NCBI GenBank assembly: GCA_964248365.1 | Contig: CAXTYC010000034.1 | Span: 1-57,084, forward strand | Reading direction: 5' to 3' | Length of the DNA: 57,084 nucleotides | From: an uncultured Chroococcidiopsis sp. | Lineage (GTDB): Bacteria > Cyanobacteriota > Cyanobacteriia > Cyanobacteriales > Chroococcidiopsidaceae | Shown: one piece after another, positions 33,043-41,503 of the stretch | Layout of the letters: each line of letters starts with the position of its first letter | How positions within the stretch are numbered: the first letter of the stretch is position 1 | Made by a program: the position numbers and the translations under genes | Notes under the pieces: model-generated | What the model was told of the DNA's origin: nothing | What the model saw: the letters and a program-made list of their open reading frames with translations, nothing else | Databases searched by the model: none

Positions 33043-33145
33043 AATCCCAATTTCCCTGATTTTTATAAAAATGCCCAAATCCTAGCCGCGCTGCTTCAAT
33101 AGAATAATATTTTCGGAATGAAGACAGTCGCGTGAATAATTTTAA

Positions 33146-33187
33146 AACTACAGTTGCAAGATTTCAACTAAAGTTTCAACTAAAGTT
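33146..33187. promoter_or_regulatory. Three near-palindromic AACTA(C/A)AGTT boxes (putative XRE operators)
   Basis: 33146-33155, 33166-33175, 33178-33187; perfect AACTATAGTT at 33870-33879 upstream of the paralog. Confidence 0.55.
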
Positions 33188-33261
33188 TAGAATACAGCTA
33201 AAAAACAAGGCAGTCAAGAGAAAAGTAAACTTGTAAGTACAGTTGAGTAGCTACAGTAGCA

Positions 33262-33624
33262 GTGAATATCGAAAGCAGACAAAAACTGGTTGAAATTATC
33301 AAGTTCGCTCGTGGATCGATGAGTCAACGAGCGTTTGGCAAGCTTTTGGGAGTTTCTGCTACGGCTGTTCAGATGTGGGAAAAGGGCGTTAAAGTGCCAG
33401 ATACCGAAAATTTGGCTCAGATTGCAGCAAAAGCAGGCTACACATTAGAGGAGGTAGTCAGTTGCTTGGAAGGCAAGCCAGTACCAGAAACATCAGACGT
33501 GAGCCAAATTTTAAGACAAATCAAGCATATGCCTCTGAGCCATGTAGCAATGATCTCCCAAGCCGCCGCCGAGAGATTTGCTGCTGCTGCTGAGACTTTA
33601 GGAGAGCAAGCACAAGCAAGTTGA
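33262..33624 (+). CDS. XRE/Cro-family HTH transcriptional regulator, copy 1
   Basis: MSQRAFGKLLGVSATAVQMWEKG HTH. Confidence 0.9.
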   Translation: MNIESRQKLVEIIKFARGSMSQRAFGKLLGVSATAVQMWEKGVKVPDTENLAQIAAKAGYTLEEVVSCLEGKPVPETSDVSQILRQIKHMPLSHVAMISQAAAERFAAAAETLGEQAQAS

Positions 33625-33717
33625 ATTTTGAGATTTTTTAGGTGATAGGGAGTGATCGCACAGTAGACAGAAGAAGCATAGCACCTGTTGGTAGTAGGGT
33701 AAGCTTAAGCGATCGCA

Positions 33718-33757
33718 GCGATATTTACGAGTTTTGCGAGTCTTAGGCAGCATAATC
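33718..33757 (-). pseudogene. 5' remnant of a second copy of the 32581-33042 gene
   Basis: ATG at 33753 gives MLPKTRKTRKYR, matching MLPKPRKTRKYR; homology stops at HIP1 33709-33716. Confidence 0.75.
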
Positions 33758-33971
33758 TTGTCTCCTGTGTTTAACAGAAGGCTTATAATCGAGAGGTTTC
33801 AGGCTAAAATCAATTCCAAGTAGTTTGCCACTACTTCTCAATCGAGTAGCTGGCAAGCTTTGAAGTGGTAACTATAGTTTAGTTTAGTATCAACAATGAT
33901 CGTTGTCAATAGCAATGATAAATGTTGTTGTAAGTAAACTTGTAGGAGCAGTTGACAGAAAAACTACAGCA

Positions 33972-34334
33972 GTGGATATAGAGGCTAAAAAGAAAGTAAT
34001 TGAAGTGGTAAAAATGGCTCGCGGCTCTATGAGTCAAAGAGCTTTTGCGAAGCTCCTGGGAGTTTCTGCCACTGCTGTACAGCTGTGGGAGAAGGGAGAT
34101 AATATTCCAGATATAGGAAATTTGGTTAAAATCGCAGCTAAAGCAGGCTACACAATGGAGGAGCTGCTAAACTACCTCGATGCCAAGCCACTACCACAAA
34201 CCTCAGATCTGAACGAGATTATCAAGCAAATTAAATCTATGCCGTTGAGTGAGGTAGCAACGATCGCTCAAGCAGCAGTGGCTAGGCTTGCGGCTGCGGC
34301 TGAGTCGTCAGGAGAGCAAGCACAGGTGAGTTGA
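33972..34334 (+). CDS. XRE/Cro-family HTH regulator, copy 2
   Basis: GTG at 33972 gives a colinear 120 aa protein, 78/120 identical to copy 1 by hand count. Confidence 0.9.
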   Translation: MDIEAKKKVIEVVKMARGSMSQRAFAKLLGVSATAVQLWEKGDNIPDIGNLVKIAAKAGYTMEELLNYLDAKPLPQTSDLNEIIKQIKSMPLSEVATIAQAAVARLAAAAESSGEQAQVS

Positions 34335-34496
34335 ATTTTTAGGTGATAGGGAGCGATCGCACGGTAGAGAAGTGGCGCTCGCCTTTTTTTGTTCCACACA
34401 GAACAAAAAATTTAGGAAAAAAGCATTTATTGCTAACTCCAAAATAGAATTCGGTACTTTGCTATCTATCAGATCCTTAAAACCGAATTGCAAAAC

Positions 34497-35081
34497 TCAG
34501 GCTTGCTGCCGTTGTGTACTATTATCAATCAAGACGGATAGTGCTTTGCGAGCATAATTTGCCCCTGCCGGAACTCCCTCTATAGTTGCCATTAAGCAAG
34601 CTCCCCCAATTAGAAGTAAATATTGTTGTGAAAAAGATTCTGGATCGCTTACCCCCGCTTCAGATGCCAGCTGCATAATGTGAGTCCGAACCGTTTGTCT
34701 CACCCTAACTGAGACATGGTGAGCGGGATGAGAGGCATCGGCAATTTCTAACACAGCATTGATAAAAGGACAACCGCGATAGCCAGGACTGGCATACCAT
34801 TCGTGCAGTACATCAAAGGTTGCTAATAAACGCTCTTTGGCACTGTTTCCCCGTTCAGCCACAGCATCTTCAAACCAATGCAACCATTGTGCTGCGCGAT
34901 GGTTCATAACTTCAACAATTAAGTTGTCTTTCGAGGGAAAGTGCCTGTAGAGAGTCCTTTTGGCTACTCCTGAAGCGGCAATTACCTCATTTATGCCTAC
35001 ATTTTGAATGCCTTTTTGGTAAAAGAGTTCAGACGCAGTTTCTAAAATTTGTTGACGAGAGTTACTAGATTCAGATTTCAT
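34497..35081 (-). CDS. TetR/AcrR-family regulator
   Basis: GVAKRTLYRHFPSK HTH; RGCPFIN motif. Confidence 0.93.
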   Translation of the reverse strand: MKSESSNSRQQILETASELFYQKGIQNVGINEVIAASGVAKRTLYRHFPSKDNLIVEVMNHRAAQWLHWFEDAVAERGNSAKERLLATFDVLHEWYASPGYRGCPFINAVLEIADASHPAHHVSVRVRQTVRTHIMQLASEAGVSDPESFSQQYLLLIGGACLMATIEGVPAGANYARKALSVLIDNSTQRQQA

Positions 35082-35088
35082 TTTTTTG

Positions 35089-35159
35089 GGTAGACAAACT
35101 TGTCTCCTTTGTTATATACTAAGCAACAATTCTAGGTAGACAAGTTTGTCTACCTAGAA
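35089..35159. promoter_or_regulatory. Two palindromic TetR operator candidates
   Basis: GGTAGACAA-AC-TTGTCTCC (35089-35107) and TTCTAGGTAGACAA-GT-TTGTCTACCTAGAA (35130-35159). Confidence 0.8.
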
Positions 35160-35375
35160 AAGCAACTAACAGCCAATTGCTTAAACAACAGCGATTTTCT
35201 CACTTGAAAATACTAAATCTTACCAGCAGACTAGAAATGCTGGAAGATTGGCGCTGATGATGCGTTCATCAAGCACTAACCCAAGGGTTTATCTACTTCG
35301 GGCAGTTTGTCTTGTCAATTGGCGCTACATATCGCTGTTATTGGCTTACCTTAATTAACAAGAAGGACTCTAGCG

Positions 35376-35939
35376 ATGGACTTTACGATTCATACCATAG
35401 AAACAGCACCAGAGGACTCTAAGGAAGCGTTAGCTCATGCTAAGGAAACTTTCGGCTTTATCCCAAACCTAGAGGGGGTTTTTGCCTCATCTCCAGCTCT
35501 ACTCAAAGGTTCCATGACTTTATGGGATCTCTTCAGTACCACAAGCTTTAGTCCTATCGAGCAGCAAGTTGTCTATCTAGCAGCTAACTACGAGAACGAA
35601 TGCCACTACTGCATGGCAGCTCATAGTGGTTTGGCAAGGATGGTTGGTATGACAGCCGAAGATATCCAAACCCTAAGAAATGGTACACTGATGCAAGATC
35701 CGAAATTACAAGCCCTGCGTCACTTTACCCAACGCATGGTGCAAGCACGAGGCTGGATTGAAGATCGTGAAATTGAGGAATTTATGGCTGCTGGTTACAC
35801 TAAAGTGCAGGTGCTTGAGGTAATTCTCGGCATCGCCATCAAAGTAATGCACAACTATACTAACCACATAGCCAAAACCCCTCTCGACAAAGAGTTCAAA
35901 GCAAATATTTGGTCAAAATCTCCTGGCTCTAGTAGTTAA
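35376..35939 (+). CDS. Carboxymuconolactone decarboxylase/AhpD-family protein
   Basis: FGFIPNL, ENECHYCMAAH (CxxC-H), NYTNHIAKTPLD. Confidence 0.9.
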   Translation: MDFTIHTIETAPEDSKEALAHAKETFGFIPNLEGVFASSPALLKGSMTLWDLFSTTSFSPIEQQVVYLAANYENECHYCMAAHSGLARMVGMTAEDIQTLRNGTLMQDPKLQALRHFTQRMVQARGWIEDREIEEFMAAGYTKVQVLEVILGIAIKVMHNYTNHIAKTPLDKEFKANIWSKSPGSSS

Positions 35940-36428
35940 ATTTTGTTACGGTTAACTCGACTAAGTGATCGCCTGTTTTTAGCTGGACAAACCTAGAATT
36001 ATAAGAGCGCATAAAACTACATCTCAATAGCGCGATTGCTACCACTGAATTTCTCCACGAGCAAGACGTTCCTCATATTCTTCTAAATTCGGCAAGTAGT
36101 CCGAAAAGTCAGAACGGGCAATTTTCAATGCTTCCCTAAACTGCGTCCTTAAAGCCAAGCCAGTGCGATCACTTCTTAATAGCAAAAAATCTACGAAGTC
36201 ATTCACTTCTTGGGCGAGGGGTTCTGGAAGTTGACGAATTTTAGAGATAGTCTCGTCGTATACACTCATCTTTTTTTCCTTTTAAATTAACTTGACGCAG
36301 GGTGTGTTGTATCAACAGGACGGCTAAACGTAACTTGGTGTAACGCGCTGCGATCGCCCCCACAACCGCAATTCCCCCTGCCTACTGACTTTAAATTTTG
36401 TTACGATTAATTCGACACGGCGATCGCC
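35936..36428 (+). repeat. 38-bp direct repeats (35936-35973 and 36391-36428) flanking the DUF2281-like gene
   Basis: TTAAATTTTGTTACGGTTAACTCGACTAAGTGATCGCC vs TTAAATTTTGTTACGATTAATTCGACACGGCGATCGCC, 32/38 identical. Confidence 0.8.
36039..36269 (-). CDS. DUF2281-like small protein (antitoxin-like)
   Basis: IRQLPEPLAQEVNDFVDFL motif. Confidence 0.7.
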   Translation of the reverse strand: MSVYDETISKIRQLPEPLAQEVNDFVDFLLLRSDRTGLALRTQFREALKIARSDFSDYLPNLEEYEERLARGEIQW

Positions 36429-36442
36429 CCTGGAGACTTTGA

Positions 36443-38143
36443 ATGCTACGACTGGAACATATTAGTAAAATTTACCCTACAGGTGAAGTCCTCAAAGATG
36501 TCAACTGGGAAGTTAAACCAGGCGATCGCATCGGTTTAGTTGGTGTAAACGGTGCAGGAAAATCAACCCAACTCAAAATCATCGCCGGAGAAGTTGAACC
36601 CACATCTGGGGAAGTTATTCGCCCTTCCAGCTTACACATAGCTTACCTCACCCAAGAATTTGAAGTAGACCCCACCCGTACTGTCAAAGAGGAATTTTGG
36701 CGCGCCTTTACAGAAGCCAACTCGGTGCATGAAGATTTGGCACAGGTACATCGGGAAATGGAAACCGCCACGCCGGAGGAGTTAGATAAACTCCTACCTA
36801 AAATGGATCGTCTCCAACGGCAGTTTGAAGCTTTGGATGGCTATGGTTTAGAGGCGCAAATTGAGAAAATATTGCCAGAATTGGGATTTGAACCTGGGGA
36901 TGGCGATCGCCTAGTCAGTGCCTTCAGCGGCGGTTGGCAGATGCGGATGAGTTTGGGTAAGATTCTGCTACAAAAGCCCGATCTATTACTGCTAGACGAG
37001 CCAACTAACCATTTAGATTTAGAAACGATTGAGTGGCTGGAAACTTACCTCAAAGGTTTAATTACTCCGATGGTAATAGTTTCTCATGACCGAGAGTTTT
37101 TAGATCGCCTTTGCACTCAAATTGTTGAAACTGAACGAGGCGTTTCTACTACTTATTTGGGGAATTATTCTGCTTACTTACAACAAAAAGAAGAGAATAA
37201 ACAAGCTCAACTAAGTGCTTACGAACGTCAACAAAAAGAAATAGAAAAACAACAAGTATTTGTTGATAAATTCCGAGCAAGTGCCACCCGCAGCACCCAG
37301 GCAAAAAGCCGCGAAAAGCAACTAGATAAAATCGAGCGCATCGAAGCGCCTACAGATGGAGTTAGAACACTACATTTCCGCTTTCCGCCTGCGCCCCGTA
37401 GCGGACGAGAAGTAGTGAATATCAAAGAGCTAACCCATATTTATGATGACAAAATTCTGTTTTTGGGAACAGAACTGCTGATTGAAAGAGGCGATCGCAT
37501 CGCTTTTCTAGGTCCCAATGGCGCTGGTAAATCAACTCTCTTACGCCTAATTACAGGTAGCGAACAACCCACAGAAGGCCTAGTCAAATTAGGCGAACAT
37601 AACGTTATTCCAGGTTACTTTGAGCAGAATCAAGCAGAAGCCTTGGATCTGAATAAAACTGTCATGGAAACCATTCATGATGAAGTACCTGACTGGAAAA
37701 ACGAAGAAGTTCGTACACTGTTAGGACGTTTCCTATTCAGTGGCGACACAGTGTTTAAACAAGTTTCAGCCTTGAGTGGAGGTGAAAAAGCTCGGCTTGC
37801 CTTGGCTAAAATGCTTTTACGTCCAGCTAATTTGCTGATTTTAGATGAGCCGACTAACCATCTGGATATCCCAGCCAAAGAAATGTTGGAAGAAGCAATT
37901 CAGAATTACGACGGTACAGTGATTGTTGTTTCCCACGATCGCTATTTTATCTCCCAGGTAGCAAATAAAATTGTTGAAATCCGCGACGGTGAATTCCGCA
38001 TCTATCTAGGGGACTATCACTACTACCTAGATAAAATTGCCGAAGAAAAAGAACAAGCCAGATTAGCAGCATTAGAGGCTGAAAAAGCAGCCAAAAAAGC
38101 AGCCAAAGCCGCCAAAGCTGCCGCAAAATCTAAAAAAGGCTAG
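36443..38143 (+). CDS. ABC-F family ATPase (ribosome-associated)
   Basis: Two NBDs (GVNGAGKST, GPNGAGKST, LDEPTNHLD twice), no TM segments. Confidence 0.95.
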   Translation: MLRLEHISKIYPTGEVLKDVNWEVKPGDRIGLVGVNGAGKSTQLKIIAGEVEPTSGEVIRPSSLHIAYLTQEFEVDPTRTVKEEFWRAFTEANSVHEDLAQVHREMETATPEELDKLLPKMDRLQRQFEALDGYGLEAQIEKILPELGFEPGDGDRLVSAFSGGWQMRMSLGKILLQKPDLLLLDEPTNHLDLETIEWLETYLKGLITPMVIVSHDREFLDRLCTQIVETERGVSTTYLGNYSAYLQQKEENKQAQLSAYERQQKEIEKQQVFVDKFRASATRSTQAKSREKQLDKIERIEAPTDGVRTLHFRFPPAPRSGREVVNIKELTHIYDDKILFLGTELLIERGDRIAFLGPNGAGKSTLLRLITGSEQPTEGLVKLGEHNVIPGYFEQNQAEALDLNKTVMETIHDEVPDWKNEEVRTLLGRFLFSGDTVFKQVSALSGGEKARLALAKMLLRPANLLILDEPTNHLDIPAKEMLEEAIQNYDGTVIVVSHDRYFISQVANKIVEIRDGEFRIYLGDYHYYLDKIAEEKEQARLAALEAEKAAKKAAKAAKAAAKSKKG

Positions 38144-38305
38144 AAGGGGCAGGGGGGCAGGGGAGAGAATTACCAATTACCAATCCAAAATCCAAAATCT
38201 AACATCCAAAATTACCAAGCCCCTACTTACTAGCGATCCCCAGTTAAGAAATAAAAAAATTAAGAGAAAAAATCTCAAAAACGAATCAAATAAGCAAAAA
38301 AACCC

Positions 38306-38333
38306 TTGCAGCTAAAACTAGCAGTGGTATCAT
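38306..38333 (+). promoter_or_regulatory. Putative gpmI promoter
   Basis: TTGCAG-N16-TATCAT with extended TG. Confidence 0.45.
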
Positions 38334-38370
38334 GGCAGTGAGTTTAAAAAAATATAAAGGGTAATAGAGT

Positions 38371-39969
38371 ATGACCCAAGCACCTGTCGCTCCCGTGGTG
38401 CTAGTAATATTAGACGGCTGGGGTTATCGTGAGGAAGCAGACGGTAACGCAATTATGGCTGCCAAAACTCCAGTAATGAAAAGTCTGTGGGCAGCTTATC
38501 CTAGAACTCTCATTCGCACCTCTGGTAAAGCAGTAGGGTTGCCAGAAGGTCAAATGGGCAACTCTGAAGTAGGGCATCTTAATATTGGTGCTGGACGAGT
38601 TGTACCGCAAGAATTAGTCAGAATTTCAGATGCAATTGAAGATGGTTCTATCCTGAGAAATCGAGCATTAGTGCAAGTTTGTCAGGATGTGCGCACTCGA
38701 GGTAGCAAGCTCCACTTGATAGGGTTGTGTTCAGAGGGTGGGGTGCATTCTCATCTGAGTCATTTGTTAGGATTACTTGACTTAGCTAAGGCACAACAAG
38801 TTTCACAGGTTTGCATTCATGCAATTACAGATGGGCGTGATACAAGTCCAACTGAAGGCGTAGAAGCAATAAGGCAAATTCAAAATCACATTGACGAAAT
38901 TGGCATCGGCAGCATTGTTACCGTAAGCGGTCGCTACTATGCAATGGATCGGGATCGGCGTTGGGACAGAGTTAAACGCGCCTACGATGTCATGACCCAG
39001 GATGGAGCAAAGGATGGTCGTTCGGCGTTGGAAGTATTGCAAGCATCCTATGCCAAGGGAGTGACAGACGAGTTTATCAACCCAACCCGAATTGCACCAG
39101 GAGCAGTAGAGCCTGGGGATGGGGTAATATTCTACAACTTCCGCCCAGATCGAGCAAGACAAATTTGCGCCGCTTTCGTTAAGCCGGATTTTAATGGGTT
39201 TGAGCGTGTACAAATCAAACCACTTTCTTTTGTGACATTCACTCAGTACGATCCAGAATTGCCCTGCGCGATCGCCTTTGAGCCACAAAACTTGGACAAA
39301 ATCTTAGGCGAAGTAGTTGCCGATCATGGTCTAAGGCAGTTTCGCACCGCTGAAACAGAAAAATACGCCCACGTTACCTACTTCTTTAACGGCGGTTTGG
39401 AAGAACCATTTGAGGGAGAAGACCGAGAGATGGTCATGAGTCCGATGGTGGCGACTTATGATAAAGCACCAGCAATGTCAGCACAGGCTGTTACAGACGT
39501 GGCGATCGCAGCGATTCAAAAGCGCATCTACTCCCTGGTGGTAATCAACTACGCCAATCCTGACATGGTAGGTCATACTGGTCAAATTCCACAAACAGTT
39601 CAGGCAGTTGAAACTGTCGATCAATGTTTGGGACATTTGCTGGAAAGCATCAACAAAGTTGGTGGTACTGCACTCGTCACAGCCGATCATGGCAATGCTG
39701 AATATATGCGAGATGAACAGGGCAACCCCTGGACAGCTCACACAACCAATCCAGTCCCATTTATTGTAGTTGAGGGAGAAATAGCCAAAATCCCAGGTTA
39801 TGGCACAGAAGTTGTTTTGAGAGATGATGGTCGTCTGTGCGATATTGCGCCAACAATTCTGAAGATTTTGCAGTTGCCTCAACCGCCCCAGATGACTGGA
39901 CAATCACTAATAATACCAGCTAAATATGAATTACAAGCAACTCGTACTCCTGTACAAGTTGGTTTGTAA
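38371..39969 (+). CDS. gpmI: 2,3-bisphosphoglycerate-independent phosphoglycerate mutase
   Basis: ILDGWG, MGNSEVGH, AETEKYAHVT, TADHGN. Confidence 0.98.
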   Translation: MTQAPVAPVVLVILDGWGYREEADGNAIMAAKTPVMKSLWAAYPRTLIRTSGKAVGLPEGQMGNSEVGHLNIGAGRVVPQELVRISDAIEDGSILRNRALVQVCQDVRTRGSKLHLIGLCSEGGVHSHLSHLLGLLDLAKAQQVSQVCIHAITDGRDTSPTEGVEAIRQIQNHIDEIGIGSIVTVSGRYYAMDRDRRWDRVKRAYDVMTQDGAKDGRSALEVLQASYAKGVTDEFINPTRIAPGAVEPGDGVIFYNFRPDRARQICAAFVKPDFNGFERVQIKPLSFVTFTQYDPELPCAIAFEPQNLDKILGEVVADHGLRQFRTAETEKYAHVTYFFNGGLEEPFEGEDREMVMSPMVATYDKAPAMSAQAVTDVAIAAIQKRIYSLVVINYANPDMVGHTGQIPQTVQAVETVDQCLGHLLESINKVGGTALVTADHGNAEYMRDEQGNPWTAHTTNPVPFIVVEGEIAKIPGYGTEVVLRDDGRLCDIAPTILKILQLPQPPQMTGQSLIIPAKYELQATRTPVQVGL

Positions 39970-40009
39970 TCTTTTTCCTCGTATTATTTATTTGGGTCTA
40001 ATCACCACC

Positions 40010-40243
40010 ATGACAATTACTCAAGTCGTACAAGCAATTTGGGCATTTTCTGCCGTTGGATTATCCATTTTGGTGTTGTTGCATAGCCCCAAAGGAGATG
40101 GAGTAGGAGCCATTGGTGGACAGGCGCAGCTATTTAGCAGTGCTAAAAGTGCGGAAACGACATTAAACCGCGTCACTTGGGCGCTGGTTGTGATTTTTCT
40201 CGGTTTAACCGTAGTATTGAGCGCAGGCTGGTTAAACCGCTAA
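40010..40243 (+). CDS. secG: Preprotein translocase SecG
   Basis: VLLHSPKGDG, AETTLNRVTW; follows gpmI. Confidence 0.93.
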   Translation: MTITQVVQAIWAFSAVGLSILVLLHSPKGDGVGAIGGQAQLFSSAKSAETTLNRVTWALVVIFLGLTVVLSAGWLNR

Positions 40244-40246
40244 AAC

Positions 40247-40580
40247 TGGGGGCTAGGGGCTAGAGGAACCAGGGGCTAGGGGCGATCTAAAAGGCGGAAG
40301 GTTAAAGGATAAAGGATGAAGGATGAAGGATAAAGGATGAAGGATGTACGCTTCGCGTTCCCCAAGGGTAGGCTAAAGGCTGAAAGCTGAAGGCTAAAAG
40401 CTGAAGGCTGTAAATTAAATTTCATACTTCACACTTCTAACTTCACACTTCACACTTCATCCTAGCCTTCGGCAACTAAGCGAACACACTTCTAACTTCA
40501 CACTTCTAACTTCATACTTCTAACTTCACACTTCACACTTCATCCTAGCCTTCGGCAACTAAGCGAACACACTTCATACT
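40247..40580. repeat. Composite heptamer arrays with embedded SDR-like elements and an ~83-bp duplication
   Basis: GGGGCTA, AGGATGA, AGGCTGA, CTTCACA units; CCTAGCCTTCGGCAACTAAGCGAACACAC at 40461 and 40544. Confidence 0.8.
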
Positions 40581-40615
40581 TATTTCACTACTCGTCTTTG
40601 GCTACCTTAGTTTCT

Positions 40616-41215
40616 TTAAGCCGATCGCCTTGTCTGTATTTCCTCTGTGCGCTGTTGCAACTGGTGCATATGATTAAATAGCTTCCAGCAATATTCTTCT
40701 GATAGTCCACAGGTAACAGCACCTCGTAGGACAACATTGAAATACCAGTCGTTGGGGGGGAGTTCGTGGGTCAATTTGTTCACGACGACGTAAGTGCGAA
40801 CATTTTTGTACAGATGATTCTGGCTGTGGATATTGACTATTTCGTGGCGATACCAATCTTGGTGAACACCTTCACGCTGATCTAGGGAATAGCTCAATCG
40901 CCAGGGTAACTGATACAGTACCCCTTCTACACTGGCATTTTCATCTGGAACGACATCGAGAACTCCGCAGTTACGTAGGTTGGAGTAAGAATAAAAACCC
41001 AGTCGGTAGCCTTTGAGTGTGGCGGGACCAATTACGTAAATGTGGGTTTTTTCACCAAGCGATCGCTTCAGATCCACTGGACACATACAAGAACCATAAG
41101 CAAAGTAGTAAAACATCGGCTCTATGGGTTGCTGTTGTTGCTGTCTCCAAATTCTCAGGGCAGAATGACTAGAGGTAGCGAAACAGTCTTGAAAATGTCC
41201 AGGCTGAACACTCAT
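40616..41215 (-). CDS. Gamma-glutamylcyclotransferase (AIG2-like)
   Basis: YYFAYGSCM, VEGVLY, LDQREG; true start may be internal (MFYYFAYGS). Confidence 0.85.
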   Translation of the reverse strand: MSVQPGHFQDCFATSSHSALRIWRQQQQQPIEPMFYYFAYGSCMCPVDLKRSLGEKTHIYVIGPATLKGYRLGFYSYSNLRNCGVLDVVPDENASVEGVLYQLPWRLSYSLDQREGVHQDWYRHEIVNIHSQNHLYKNVRTYVVVNKLTHELPPNDWYFNVVLRGAVTCGLSEEYCWKLFNHMHQLQQRTEEIQTRRSA

Positions 41216-41440
41216 ATACCAGTAGGAATATTTACTATGAAGAAAATTCTAACAGAACCTTTCATTTAATTCAACATTTCCCGACCGACAAACCGTAGAT
41301 TATAATTCGTAATTTTGAGGGAAAAGGGAAAAGAGGTATTGCGGTAAAAGGGAAAAGGGAAAAGGGCAAAGGGCAAAGGGCAAAGGATGAAAGCAGCAAG
41401 TATAAATTAACAATTCTCCCACTCTCCGCCTCTCCCCCTC

Positions 41441-41490
41441 TCCCGAGGCTCCCCGAGGCTCCCCGAGGCTCCCCGAGGCTCCCCGAGGCT
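41441..41490. repeat. 10-mer tandem repeat CCCCGAGGCT x5
   Basis: Directly visible. Confidence 0.9.
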
Positions 41491-41503
41491 CTCACGCGCT
41501 GGG

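Noticed and set aside
32749..33102. 117 aa plus-strand ORF
   Set aside because: Antisense shadow of the 32581-33042 gene, whose start is supported by the duplicated remnant.
40437..40575. Possible CRISPR array
   Set aside because: Only two units, spacers are heptamer repeats, and there are no cas genes.
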